DNA of 64,000 bases from Octopus vulgaris (GCA_951406725.2 OX597820.1:102796001-102860000); one strand, 5' to 3'; positions 13,140-27,620 are shown, numbered from the stretch's first letter. Numbers and translations: made by a program. The notes: generated from the letters alone by a model not told the origin.

Positions 13140-14810
13140 GCCAATGAGTTAGGCTAACCAGCAAGAATATTGGCAAATATGAAAGGCAAGTGAGGAAAAG
13201 AAAGCAGCAAAAAATATTGGCAAAATGCAAAGTACGAGGAGAGGATGACAAATTTAAACAGTAAGAGAACGAGGACTTACGGTCAGGATGATAGAAAAAC
13301 ACATCTAACAGCAGTTAAGAAACTGCAGAAATATTAAGAAAGGCATGAAACACGTTCCTTCATGTTTGCAAGTGAGGAAGTTCCTAGAACGCAGATGTGG
13401 TGTTTCTGTATCTGTGGGTGTAAGGAGGGCTTGAAGAAATATATTATTCCACATAGTGTGTGGGATCCTATAAAGTGGCCTGGTGTATTAAATTGTCTAG
13501 CCTCGGATTTGGAAAGTATTTACGAACAGAAAATATATTTATACTCGTGGAAGCATTCAATAGCCAAGAGCTGGTTTTAAGTACATAAAGAGATTTTCGT
13601 GTGATATAGTAAAATAACGTTCATGGCATAGTCAAATACAGGGAAACTAACAGAATGTCCCGGAATTTAGGCTGTCGCAAACAATGTTTGATCGCTTTAG
13701 AGGAAGATGTGAAAAATATTGGGAAAAAAAGTTTTTGAGAGTCAAAGAGAAAGAGATTAATGGTAAAAAGGATCACTTGACGCAAAGGGCTGGCAGATGA
13801 AAGGTGTTAAAAGGAAACATCTTTGTAGCTGAAGATTACTGTAGATTTGTAAGTGATCTGAGATCGGTGACAATGATTTTTGAGGAACAATAGACTCTAT
13901 TTCCTTGCTGTTAAGATGGCTAAGTTTAAGATATTGTGAGCAGATTCAGTGCGAGTGGAATGTGAGTAGAAAAAGTCATCTGAGGAGCGTCTGTCAGTGA
14001 GATTATAATGCATATTGGTAGAGATGTGAGGCCTATCGAGTGTGGCGGAAGTCTCATAAAAAGTGAAAGGTTGTCATAAATGGTAAAAATAATTCCAAAA
14101 CTTGAAGAAAACATTTTGCTTAGGAAATGAAAACAACGAATTCGTCACGTCAGAGTGATGTAGTACTGACAGAATTGTCAATTGAAATGGTCAAGTAACC
14201 CTTAATGAAGCCCTCGAACATGTTAGTGTTAGTAGGGACAATCATAGCCATACCAATGGGTGCATAGAAGTCACTGGAGACAGAGAAGAAACAATTGAAG
14301 GAAAGGAAATTGGGAACTGCATGTAGAAAAATAGTGGTAATAGGTTAGATAAAAGATGGAATTTAAAGATATAATAGCTAAAAAGCCACCGTTTTAGGGT
14401 ATGTCAGTGAATAGGGATTTTAGGTTTATGATGAAAGAGAGTTGGACACATCGAACAGGGAAATAAACGAAATTAAGGTTGAACGTATGCTTGGCATCCT
14501 ACATATGAGGGTCAAAGCAGTGACGAGGGATGGTATGACTTTTATCAAGGTAGCTGGGAGGTAAAGATTTCTGTGTGGCATCTACTGAGACAATGGGGAG
14601 GGGAGACCTGAATGGTTTATGTGGCTTGGAAATTTAATATACGATGGGGATTTACAGTGCGCTTACGATCAGGTGGGGGTGGTTGCTGCGTTAGCGTGTG
14701 CAAGAAAAGAAATAATTGCCTACATGATATGCAGCAAGGGTATTTTTGTTCTGGAATATGTAGTCATTGAATATTTTGTAGAGGTCAGTACTAGTACGTT
14801 GTATTTATGA
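13140..14810 (-). pseudogene. Highly degraded Penelope-like RT and GIY-YIG remnant (second copy 21456-23126)
   Basis: Minus-strand peptides FNCFFSVSSDFYAPIGMAMIVPTNTNMFEGFI (PLE RT ..GxAMG..P..AN.F.G motif) and ANIFCCFLFLTCLSY (N-terminal GIY-YIG region) in the expected order; many stops. Confidence 0.6.
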
Positions 14811-16072
14811 TATCATTTTGGTGCTGTTGGAGCAAGAGAGCATAGAGTTTGTGGACATCGATGCTGAGGTTTTAAAATTAAGTAAATCGGGATCATGGTG
14901 ACGCTTACAAAGATGCTATAGGAGCTGTGTTATTCCAAGTTCGATGTTTATGGAGAACCACGTTATTATGAATTCAGTAAAATGACCGAAGTTCTGTGAT
15001 CTGCGTTTCTTACCAATAAATAGTGCATACAGCTGCTTTCAACGAAACTGAAGTTGTATAAAGGACTACAAGATCTGGAAAGCAATATCAATGCTTAAGG
15101 ATAATTTTCTTACCAATTTCTTACCAATTTTTCTGATATTTGGTCACCAAAAATTGATAGAAAATATTAATAGGCTATTACAGAGACATAGTTGACAGGC
15201 AAGGGATTTGCTGTGAGACCGTGTTTTAAAACTGAAACGATGTAGTGTCTAAGACTCATGTTAGATATTCAGAAACATACAAAGACTGTTAACTTCACTT
15301 AAACATTGATTGTTTGTAATATGGTGCAAATTTTCGTCGCTCGAAACTGAAACCCGGTCACTGACAACGTCACAGTGCATCTCCATGCTGCAATGGTACT
15401 AATACGCTAAGCGTTTGCAAAGTCTCAAGGTTTTAGACGTGTATTGTTCTCGAAAAAAGTGTAAGCTGGTTTCAATGAAATTTGTAATGACTTCGTGTAC
15501 CGTTGTACCGTTGGATTCAATGTTGCATATTAATTTATTGTTGATTTAATCAGATATTCAATATAAAATGTCATACATTTAATCATGCAATCAAATTTTC
15601 AATGGTCATCATGCCTTATGCTTTATTCCAGCCTTTAATTTATTAACCGGACCAATAAACGAATACCTTGCTTCGTGTTTAAATTTAAATGCTAAAAATC
15701 AAAATGCAAATTAAGATTTTTCAAAAAGAGATATCATTTTGATTTTGTTATTATGGGTGGATAAAGCTTTTCATTAACAAGGCTTAATTCAATGTTTATT
15801 ATAAACATCGAACTAATTGGCGTAATAAATTTATTATTAACATCGAATTAATTTTTATCGAGAAACGAATTAAATCATTGATGTAGCCTTTCAGCCTTCA
15901 TTTTATGAATGGTTCATATGAATCTTTAAGCATAAGGCCAATTATAAGAGAAAAGGGAAAGTAAAATCAGCTGTATCCTTACCAGTGTATGAATGAAAAG
16001 TCCTCTACGTGTTTGACCTGTTAAGAACAACAGCAAAATCTTCCTAGATCACAACTTGGTATCTTAAAAATG

Positions 16073-16172
16073 NNNNNNNNNNNNNNNNNNNNNNNNNNNN
16101 NNNNNNNNNNNNNNNNNNNNNNNNNNNNNNNNNNNNNNNNNNNNNNNNNNNNNNNNNNNNNNNNNNNNNNNN
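16073..16172. other. Assembly gap of 100 N
   Basis: Run of n. Confidence 1.
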
Positions 16173-18238
16173 GGGAGTATATTTCGTCACGGACAAGGGA
16201 ACTTTAGAAAAGGGGCTTTGCAAGTCTGCCAGATAGATGGAAGAGCGTTGTAGAAAATTATGGAAAATATATTTTAGATTAAAAAAGAACTTTGCCTATC
16301 TTAATTTTGAAAAACAAATGAAGTATAAAAAACCCATTATTTATGGATGACCCAATATTTTGTCCTTCTTTAAAAACAGAAGTTTTGGTAATTTTGTAGA
16401 TAAAAATGTATTTCTATAGAATGATATTGCTCTTTTGCTCCTTTTTTAACTTTAAATCTACGAGGGTCGTACATTGTCGTACATCTTGCCCTAGCTTGTC
16501 AACATTAATGCATCTCAAAGTTACATTGGTGTAACTAATCAGTGAACAATTTGTAAATGCTTCCCTATTAGTAAATAAAACAGAATGAGATAATAATAGT
16601 CTTCAACTGGCAGTAACCATGCCTCAGTTAACCTCCATTGGCTATGGAACCACCTCTGCACAAATTAAAGAACATATGCATCAGTGCATGTGTCTCAAAC
16701 ATTATCTAAATGCTGGGGTCAAAATATACTTAAAACCGTTTCAACAAACAAATGCAAAACAACTTATTTTCTTAATATATCTAGCGCACAACATTTTTTA
16801 CGAGTTTTTAATTCTACATTAAGTCTAAAACCTAAAAAGAATCTATGCAGAAACTCATATATCAAAATTCTATAATGACTGAATTTCTGGCATTATATGG
16901 CCTCCTTTTCTATTTAGATTGCACTCTATTTATACAAATAAGCAATAATTTTAATGTAACATTAATTCATTTTGAAATATAAGTTATTTTGTGAAAGGTA
17001 ATGGCATATTTATTTTGGGAAATACTATATTTGCGATTTATTTGTATACTAAGTTTGAAAATATTCATATGCGGCTATATTTACCATTGATGTATAATGA
17101 ACTGGTTTAGCGTGTTAAAAATCTAACACTATTTCAAACGCACCAAAATGTATACAATAAAAAGCTATTAACTTAGATTCAATGGTTCACCTTTAGCTGT
17201 ATAGGGGCTGTAAATTGCTGTAGAGCAGATGGTAAACTCTCTATAAACATATTTCTTGAGTCATATAAGATTCCTCTCGCATGTATTACCCTTACGCCAT
17301 TAATAACACAGCATCTCACAACAACAATGGTGTTACAGGAACACTATGTCCATCTGGTAATGATTTGTTGTTTCTTGTAATTCTAGATTGATCTTTATCT
17401 GTACTTCTTCAATCTATAAGCTAGATAGTTATTGTTCATGCCTCAGAAACTCACTTCACTTACGACGACCACCCAAATCTAATCTACGTCTAATTATGCA
17501 TGATAATCTGTATGTTACGCTACTACTATATTCACAACAGACTGGTAATTGCCTACTATCATGATCATGAGAATGAATATGACCTGCAAGGGAGAAATAA
17601 CTGGTGTAGCACTTAAATTGCCTTCGCAAAACAGAGTGGCTTCTTAATTCTTGCCAACAACCTGTCTAGAGATGGAATCTCAATACAACCAATGACCACA
17701 AACGAGATCAAATTTTATTCAAGGGTCCTTTTAATCACGATTGGCAACCATCAAAGATATGGCGTATCGTAAAAACAATACTCATGTGCGCGCATTATAT
17801 CAGATTTAAATCTAAACAGAAAAGGTGTGAAGTAGACAGGAGCACACTGTGAACGTCTGTAGACTGGTAGGTTCTCAGCCGGTCAGCAACGTACTCTCAG
17901 TCGTCACTTGGTTAAAGTTGTACAAAAAGGTTGAGCGGGAAAAGGAAAATCAATAATTACGTGGCTGTAGAAGGCTAACTTTACCTAGAGAAAATAGATG
18001 GATTAAATTCCCAAATATGTGCTTCATGTGCGTCGAATATTACAAAACCTGCTTTCTAGCTTTATGTTTACAGAAGAAAGTCTTAAAATACATGTCAGTA
18101 AACCGGCTTGAGATTTATCCCAAATTCACTCGTACAGATTTTTATAAATCTCATTCTAGCAGTTAATATTGTATTTATTCATATTAACTCATTCACGCCA
18201 TAAAATCATTGTATTGTAGATGCGCTTTTGATGAATAC

Positions 18239-18293
<55 letters not shown>

Positions 18294-20002
18294 ATAAAAC
18301 TTACTTGGAAAAGGATGGGTGGTGTTCGTTCATATAGTAAAATGTATAATATATAAATATATGCATATATTCATACATATACGTACATACCTACATATAT
18401 ATGTATATATACATGCATATATGGTACAGAACATAAAAAAAGCATTGAACACAATGAGAAACGAAAACATAAAAACAAAAACATAGAAACGAACATTTTG
18501 GCGGGACAACGAAGAAAAACAAACAGAGAAACGAGACATGCAACATAAAGAATATTCCCCTTCTTCAGTTGTCCCTGTTTCATCTACACCGCGATGTTTG
18601 TATATATGTATGTATATGAATGTAAATGTATGTAATTTAGATTCAGTTCAATTAGCCACTTAAATTGAGGCACTTGTTGAGACGAATTTATTTGCACACG
18701 CAAACAATATCAGGTGAATTTTTTTCCACCCGATATTCATGCAGTCCGTGCAGATGGCACGATCCACCTTAGTGAATAAATCCGCTTGTTTGCTCAGACT
18801 CGTACTTTGTACAAAGATACTTTCCAAATACTTGCAAAGTGCAGATTCCAGAGTAGGTGAGTGAAAGATATATATATATTACTAACAGAGATGTATAAGT
18901 GTCAATTCATTACGGCCGTTTCGAGTGACCTCTGTAATTGATAAATAAAAGTATTACATCATTACAAAGAGAATCGTTCTGACCAGATGACCACATAGAC
19001 CTCAAGCATAAAGGCAAATTAGATATTTAGACATATTCATATCATCTATAGGGAGCATATGTTTACTATGATTCTGCAGCTAAACTTTTTGGCAGAATGA
19101 AAAGAGGACAGTACAGCGATGTACAAGCCAGAAATTAGCATAGGCTAGAGTGGCGGGGAGGGATGACTGGGAGTAGTGACCCCGTTATCTACATATCGAA
19201 GACAGTAAGGAGAATGTAGTTTTCAAAACATAGAAAATTAGATCTTTAGGGAGTTATAAATTAATTCGTGACGGACCGTTCAACTAACTGAGAAAATAGA
19301 ACTTCACATCCGGCTGTATCAACACCAAAATGGTTTGGTCATGGGGTGGTAAACGAGAATGTCTGATGGAAGAGTGGTGATAATATAAAGAGAAGGGAGG
19401 ATAGGGATGGCTAATAAAGCTAATTTTGATTGTCATCTTAAAGAGGATGCAAAAGTGAACTGTTGGAAGGAATACCGCTTAAAGAATTATGGGTGAGTAT
19501 AAATTGAAGGAGTAAGTTTTTATCTTAGACTAAAAACTTACTCCTTCAATTTATATCCCACCCATATTATATATATATATTTCCATTGAATGTTTTCATC
19601 TATTATGTGACATTACAGAATAAAAATCGTTTCCTTCCCTAATGTTATTGCTACATTCTATAATAATAATATTTACTGGTCTTTATAAAAGGTAAATAAG
19701 AAGACAAAGCAAGTTTTTCTTTTTCTTTCTGTATGAGAGTTGTTTATAATTAATGAGTATCTCTTATATGAGTAAATATTGCACTTTATAGGATATTGTA
19801 TGAACTTTTATGACAAACATAAAGTGTCTTTAATGGTATAGAAACAAAAGTCTGTCAGAAATATGATACGATCCAATGTTTATCATATGAAATATTGTAT
19901 TGTTGTTCATTGTGTAAAGAATGATGGAAGCTAAAGAGGTTATGTGTGTGTGTTTGTGTGTATATACACATATATATACATACATGTATACATATACACA
20001 AA

Positions 20003-20066
<64 letters not shown>

Positions 20067-23000
20067 ATCTATTTACTGTATACATAGTGATTAATAAAAT
20101 AGATTACCTCTATTCCCACAAGACCACTAAGTAATATGTCCATGGTATGTTAGATTCTTCCAATATAAAACAATAGTTTTTATCGACCTTAACAAGATAT
20201 CAAACTTAAGATGAAGAGATAAAACCAAATAGACTAAGGTATATTTAGTTCAGTGCGTTACTGCCTTTCTTATTGTCTCATAAAAGATTCTTATAATTAT
20301 GAATGTATAGAATTATTACTCAGACACAATCTCCAATGTATTTAGGAATGTCTAGTTAGACAGTGTCATCTCTTTCCTTCAAATTGGAAATGGCTACATC
20401 CAGCATTTATACATACATGATGTGCAAATCCAATAGTTATAGTTTTGCTTAACCTTCACTGCCGCGGTCTACTGTCTGCAATGAGTAAAACACTGGCAGA
20501 ATAATATGAAGATAAGAGGGAAACATTTTAGTGCATGCTGTCATCGTTATCTCCATCAGATTTTAAATACTATCTGTAAGTTACGTAATCTTTTTTATCT
20601 ATATTTCACTCTGGTATACGCCATATACAAATGTAGACAACTTACTTTGAATGGCATGGAATCCACAGGACCATCTATTCCTTGTTAGTGAGTTTAAAAT
20701 CTATTGGGGTCAACTTCACCTTTAAAATTAAGTATCAGTATTATGATGGAAGGAGGCGTGTTGGCAGAATCGTAAGCAAGCCGGTGGATTTTGCCTTTCA
20801 TTCTTTCGGGCTCGTTAAAATAAGTATCATTTGAGCACCGGGGTCGATGTAACCGAGTTAGCTCGTTCCCCGAAACTGCTGACAATATGTCTAAATTTGA
20901 AATCATTATTATGATGGGAGTCAATTTATGATTTTGTACTAACATAAAAAAAGTGTTATTTAATTTCGTCTTTTTACATTAGATTTCAGATTCTTCTTGA
21001 TCAACTTTAACTTATACCCCTGAGGTTCATAAAATTCAAGAATATATTAAGGACAACTAACCACATATATCTATCAGATATTGAGTCTAAGAAAATTGCA
21101 GTGTTTCTTCTAACATTTTTATTTCGACCAAAATTTTCAAAAATATGTTTAACCTATGTTTTTCAAAAAGACATTTATTTTTATTTAATTTAATTTCTAA
21201 TTTTACAAACTGATGTGAATAATAAGGATAGTACCTTTGGACTTTTAGGGCAACCAAAGCTTATGAGATCGAGGTGGTTCATTGTTAGTTTTAGTTATTG
21301 TGGTGCAAATATGAAAGTACACTTCACAAAAGATCGATGTTTTATATTGGGACCGAATAAATTGACAAAGATGATGACAGAAATAAAAGAGAACACATTG
21401 TCAAAGAATAAAGGACTGAAAGTGCGTCGTAAGATGACACATGAAATGGATATTGGCCAATGAGTTAGGCTAACCAGCAAGAATATTGGCAAATATGAAA
21501 GGCAAGTGAGGAAAAGAAAGCAGCAAAAAATATTGGCAAAATGCAAAGTACGAGGAGAGGATGACAAATTTAAACAGTAAGAGAACGAGGACTTACGGTC
21601 AGGATGATAGAAAAACACATCTAACAGCAGTTAAGAAACTGCAGAAATATTAAGAAAGGCATGAAACACGTTCCTTCATGTTTGCAAGTGAGGAAGTTCC
21701 TAGAACGCAGATGTGGTGTTTCTGTATCTGTGGGTGTAAGGAGGGCTTGAAGAAATATATTATTCCACATAGTGTGTGGGATCCTATAAAGTGGCCTGGT
21801 GTATTAAATTGTCTAGCCTCGGATTTGGAAAGTATTTACGAACAGAAAATATATTTATACTCGTGGAAGCATTCAATAGCCAAGAGCTGGTTTTAAGTAC
21901 ATAAAGAGATTTTCGTGTGATATAGTAAAATAACGTTCATGGCATAGTCAAATACAGGGAAACTAACAGAATGTCCCGGAATTTAGGCTGTCGCAAACAA
22001 TGTTTGATCGCTTTAGAGGAAGATGTGAAAAATATTGGGAAAAAAAGTTTTTGAGAGTCAAAGAGAAAGAGATTAATGGTAAAAAGGATCACTTGACGCA
22101 AAGGGCTGGCAGATGAAAGGTGTTAAAAGGAAACATCTTTGTAGCTGAAGATTACTGTAGATTTGTAAGTGATCTGAGATCGGTGACAATGATTTTTGAG
22201 GAACAATAGACTCTATTTCCTTGCTGTTAAGATGGCTAAGTTTAAGATATTGTGAGCAGATTCAGTGCGAGTGGAATGTGAGTAGAAAAAGTCATCTGAG
22301 GAGCGTCTGTCAGTGAGATTATAATGCATATTGGTAGAGATGTGAGGCCTATCGAGTGTGGCGGAAGTCTCATAAAAAGTGAAAGGTTGTCATAAATGGT
22401 AAAAATAATTCCAAAACTTGAAGAAAACATTTTGCTTAGGAAATGAAAACAACGAATTCGTCACGTCAGAGTGATGTAGTACTGACAGAATTGTCAATTG
22501 AAATGGTCAAGTAACCCTTAATGAAGCCCTCGAACATGTTAGTGTTAGTAGGGACAATCATAGCCATACCAATGGGTGCATAGAAGTCACTGGAGACAGA
22601 GAAGAAACAATTGAAGGAAAGGAAATTGGGAACTGCATGTAGAAAAATAGTGGTAATAGGTTAGATAAAAGATGGAATTTAAAGATATAATAGCTAAAAA
22701 GCCACCGTTTTAGGGTATGTCAGTGAATAGGGATTTTAGGTTTATGATGAAAGAGAGTTGGACACATCGAACAGGGAAATAAACGAAATTAAGGTTGAAC
22801 GTATGCTTGGCATCCTACATATGAGGGTCAAAGCAGTGACGAGGGATGGTATGACTTTTATCAAGGTAGCTGGGAGGTAAAGATTTCTGTGTGGCATCTA
22901 CTGAGACAATGGGGAGGGGAGACCTGAATGGTTTATGTGGCTTGGAAATTTAATATACGATGGGGATTTACAGTGCGCTTACGATCAGGTGGGGGTGGTT

Positions 23001-24390
23001 GCTGCGTTAGCGTGTGCAAGAAAAGAAATAATTGCCTACATGATATGCAGCAAGGGTATTTTTGTTCTGGAATATGTAGTCATTGAATATTTTGTAGAGG
23101 TCAGTACTAGTACGTTGTATTTATGATATCATTTTGGTGCTGTTGGAGCAAGAGAGCATAGAGTTTGTGGACATCGATGCTGAGGTTTTAAAATTAAGTA
23201 AATCGGGATCATGGTGACGCTTACAAAGATGCTATAGGAGCTGTGTTATTCCAAGTTCGATGTTTATGGAGAACCACGTTATTATGAATTCAGTAAAATG
23301 ACCGAAGTTCTGTGATCTGCGTTTCTTACCAATAAATAGTGCATACAGCTGCTTTCAACGAAACTGAAGTTGTATAAAGGACTACAAGATCTGGAAAGCA
23401 ATATCAATGCTTAAGGATAATTTTCTTACCAATTTCTTACCAATTTTTCTGATATTTGGTCACCAAAAATTGATAGAAAATATTAATAGGCTATTACAGA
23501 GACATAGTTGACAGGCAAGGGATTTGCTGTGAGACCGTGTTTTAAAACTGAAACGATGTAGTGTCTAAGACTCATGTTAGATATTCAGAAACATACAAAG
23601 ACTGTTAACTTCACTTAAACATTGATTGTTTGTAATATGGTGCAAATTTTCGTCGCTCCGAAACTGAAACCCGGTCACTGACAACGTCACAGTGCATCTC
23701 CATGCTGCAATGGTACTAATACGCTAAGCGTTTGCAAAGTCTCAAGGTTTTAGACGTGTATTGTTCTCGAAAAAAAGTGTAAGCTGGTTTCAATGAAATT
23801 TGTAATGACTTCGTGTACCGTTGTACCGTTGGATTCAATGTTGCATATTAATTTATTGTTGATTTAATCAGATATTCAATATAAAATGTCATACATTTAA
23901 TCATGCAATCAAATTTTCAATGGTCATCATGCCTTATGCTTTATTCCAGCCTTTAATTTATTAACCGGACCAATAAACGAATACCTTGCTTCGTGTTTAA
24001 ATTTAAATGCTAAAAATCAAAATGCAAATTAAGATTTTTCAAAAAGAGATATCATTTTGATTTTGTTATTATGGGTGGATAAAGCTTTTCATTAACAAGG
24101 CTTAATTCAATGTTTATTATAAACATCGAACTAATTGGCGTAATAAATTTATTATTAACATCGAATTAATTTTTATCGAGAAACGAATTAAATCATTGAT
24201 GTAGCCTTTCAGCCTTCATTTTATGAATGGTTCATATGAATCTTTAAGCATAAGGCCAATTATAAGAGAAAAGGGAAAGTAAAATCAGCTGTATCCTTAC
24301 CAGTGTATGAATGAAAAGTCCTCTACGTGTTTGACCTGTTAAGAACAACAGCAAAATCTTCCTAGATCACAACTTGGTATCTTAAAAATG
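16173..24390 (+). repeat. 8.2-kb segment, copy 2; begins inside the mariner 3' end
   Basis: Near-identical to 7855-16072, differing by a few substitutions and homopolymer or microsatellite indels. Confidence 0.98.
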
Positions 24391-24408
24391 GAAACATTTG
24401 CACAAGGT

Positions 24409-24715
24409 TCTATATTTAAGAGATGAGGAATTATGTACATTATTTACTTTATTTACATTCGACGGCTATTTGTCCTCAACTTGCTTGTTGTTATACGCCC
24501 ACGTAGTTATATGTCGTAGTTGTTAAGAGCGCGGGCTACTAACCCCAATATTCTGAGTTCGATTCCAAGCAGTGACCTGAACAATAATAATGATAACATC
24601 AAAGAATGAGAACCCAGGTTCAACATTTCCCCAAGACATCCGAAACTTTGTGTTAACAACAAACAAGATGAGGACAAATATCCGTCGAATGTAAATAATG
24701 TAAATAATGTAAATA
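24409..24715 (+). mobile_element. tRNA-headed short element with an inverted copy of its own tail and a 13-bp TSD
   Basis: TSD atttgcacaaggt at 24396-24408 and 24716-24728; A-box-like tgtcgtagttgtt at 24512; B box gagttcgattcc at 24555; inverted repeats at about 24434-24493 and 24654-24715. Confidence 0.85.
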
Positions 24716-24941
24716 ATTTGCACAAGGTACTCTAAACGTTGAAACAGGATGGCCAACAGTGGAACACCTTTAATTACAGTTCTGATCCTTGATGGCAAAC
24801 TTATAACTGAGTAACAACAAGTAGCAAAATGTATTATGGATCAAACTTGTCACTTCTGAGTTTCGAACAAAGGAAACTAAAACGTCAATGTATTGATAAT
24901 TATAAATACGTCTATGAATAAAAAAAAAACTATTAAGTAGT

Positions 24942-25092
24942 CGCAGGCGTGATGTGTGGGAAGAAGTTTGCGTTTCAACCACATGGTTCTGGGTGCAATT
25001 CCACTGGATAAGTGCTTTCTACTACACCTCCGGGCCGACCAAAAACTTGTGCGTGGATTTGGTACACGGAAACCTAAAGCTATCTGCCGTAT
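24942..25092 (+). mobile_element. tRNA-derived SINE, 5' part
   Basis: gcaggcgtg..tgtgtggg aagaag...caaccacatggttctgggt...gggccgaccaaa...gtggatttggta is the reverse complement of the 45132-45521 copy. Confidence 0.85.
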
Positions 25093-25093
25093 G

Positions 25094-25156
<63 letters not shown>

Positions 25157-26539
25157 GTGTGCGTGTTTGTGGGTGTATCCCAAGAATCCTATTCGTCTGT
25201 TTTCTCACGTGTCTCTTTTAACATCTGCCGCGTCTTATGCATATCTCATCCCTCTGTCCAAGAGCGCTTGTCTTAAATCTCAAAAATCTCCATTTATAAC
25301 CATATTTGGGCTGGAAACCATGGAAAAATTCGATCGATCGTATAATTGTAGCTGAAATGCTATTGATCAGAATTCAACGCAAATAACCTGAGATGCCGTG
25401 ACCTATTTCTTGTTACTGAGCTAACGTAGTCCCAAATCTAAGCCCCGCTTTAGTGTGACTAAACGAATTTGTATATATCATCTCTGAAAAGATTTTCAGT
25501 ATAAAGCTGACTACAAGAGCAGATCTGGTGCCAACATAACGGAACGCCTAACAATGATAATTCTAGAGCTAAATAATGGCTTAAAGTGTTAGTTCAGTAC
25601 CTTTTCCATTTGCTCCATTAACCCCGTATATTAAATCAGAGGGTAACCTATGATTTCAATATTAGTGTCGAATGCATTTATCTATTGCTTTTTACCAATT
25701 TGTCGAGAAATTAATATGGGACAAGTATTCCTTATTAACTGCATTTTATAAGCTAATCTGTTAGCATTAAGTATCTAACAGAAGCAGAATTACATAGTGC
25801 ATTTCCTCTTCTATCTCCTCTGTTTCTCTTTTGTGGAAAGAGAACCTTAAATATGTAAGGTTATTGTCAACCAACATTCATAGATAGATTTCTATGAAGT
25901 GTTCAAATAACGTATTCAGCTCATCTTTCAGAAATTATCAAGCAGTGCGAAGTAGGCTACCTATTATTCCACAAGTATTTTGATAACGTTTGTTATTTAC
26001 CTCTTGAGAGTTTTACTAAAAGAAAACACAAATCGATGTAAACAGAGTTAAATTTCAACAAAATATTTTCAAAAGCTTTAACATATTATTTTATAACCTA
26101 TAGAAACACTTTACATTTTATTTTAAGAGAAAGCAATAACAAGGTTTCTTCTATTAGAAGAAAACAAGAGTTGTAGAAAAAGAATTGGCCTCTATTTTCT
26201 TTTCACTTGAAGGTCATTGAATTTTAATACATCAAATTTTTGACCTCTTATGCTCCCTCAACGTACTATACTGTTTTGTTGTTCAGAGACGCCATCTGCG
26301 TGAAGGACAATATTTAACATCCTGTTACCATATTAACTGACGTGACTTTACAAATATCATGATGAAAAATCAATATTATTAGCCGCTGGTTATTTCTATT
26401 ATGTTTATTTGTCCGGCAACCACGAAGGGCAAAATTCAGGTTTATTTTGACCTTCTTCACGTAGTAAAGCCTATCTATATTTATCAAAGTATTGATCAAT
26501 TAATCATTAAGTAACTAAACAGCTATTCCTCTGAGTCAT

Positions 26540-26965
26540 TAAACGTACATACACAGTGGCTGTCAACTCGTGGACAAATATGATCATCACTGACAAATTA
26601 TCGATGACTCACACCTACAAAGCCAAGAAGCTCAGAAACAAAGAAGAACAAAATTTCCATCTTCGCAATGAGGTGGGTATCATTCCCGAATTTCCTCCTA
26701 GAGAGTTGCCCAAACAAAGTGTAAACGGCGGGGTCTATGGTTTCCAGCTGTTGGATGGCCGCTAAATCTAGTGAGTTCATCCGACCCTTTGACAGATATT
26801 GTTTTCGTCCTGCAGGGTGTCAAACGAAAAACAGCCTCTTTAGCAAGCAGACTCAGTAGGGTTCCCTGTTTTGTCTCTGAGGGCCCGACAAAGTGACAGG
26901 TTGTGTTGGGTTGCATGTTACCTGTAACACAAAGAGTAATCTGACATAGCAACCATACATATAGT
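26540..26965 (-). mobile_element. Possible non-LTR retrotransposon 5' region remnant
   Basis: Higher GC than the flanks, with local hairpins such as ttttcgt...acgaaaa; family not established. Confidence 0.3.
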
Positions 26966-27493
26966 AATGGTATGGAGGTGTAGAGGGATCCCTGTCATTC
27001 GACAATGAGAATTAATGAATTAATGCGTAAGTGGCTGAGTATTTTACTGGTATGTGCAACTTTAAGGTAATTCTCAGGGATAATGAGCGTGGCATAGTCT
27101 GTATCAAGACTACACCTTTTAACTACAAATGAAATCTATTCAACGGCTTCAGTATGGTTTCCATCTGTATCTAATTTCATTTACATCGGCATATCGATCT
27201 TAGGTCAAAGATAATTTTATATATCCAAAATTCTACGTAGTACTACCGAACATAGGACTTCTTTCGAAGGAAGCGAATTTATCAACCATTCGGCCATACT
27301 GCACCTATGTAACAAATGTATGTATTAATGTTTGTATGTATGTATGCATGTATGTATAAATGTATGTGTGTATGCATGCATGTGTGTATGTATATGTTTG
27401 TGTGTATGTATGGACGTGTTTGTATATGTATGTATTTATGTATTCATGTATGCGTGTACATATGTATGAATGTGTGTGTAGATATATGTGTAA

Positions 27494-27536
<43 letters not shown>

Positions 27537-27589
27537 AATATATGCATATATATATACACACACACACATACACACGCACACACACACAC

Positions 27590-27620
<31 letters not shown>

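Larger units (their letters stand above)
7855..16072 (+). repeat. 8.2-kb segment, copy 1 of a near-identical direct duplication
   Basis: Matches 16173-24390 at offset 8316-8318; the ORF track repeats almost identically. Confidence 0.98.

Noticed and set aside
24505-24577. Functional tRNA gene with ACT anticodon
   Set aside because: Acceptor and T stems pair poorly and it lies inside a TSD-flanked repeat; treated as a SINE head.
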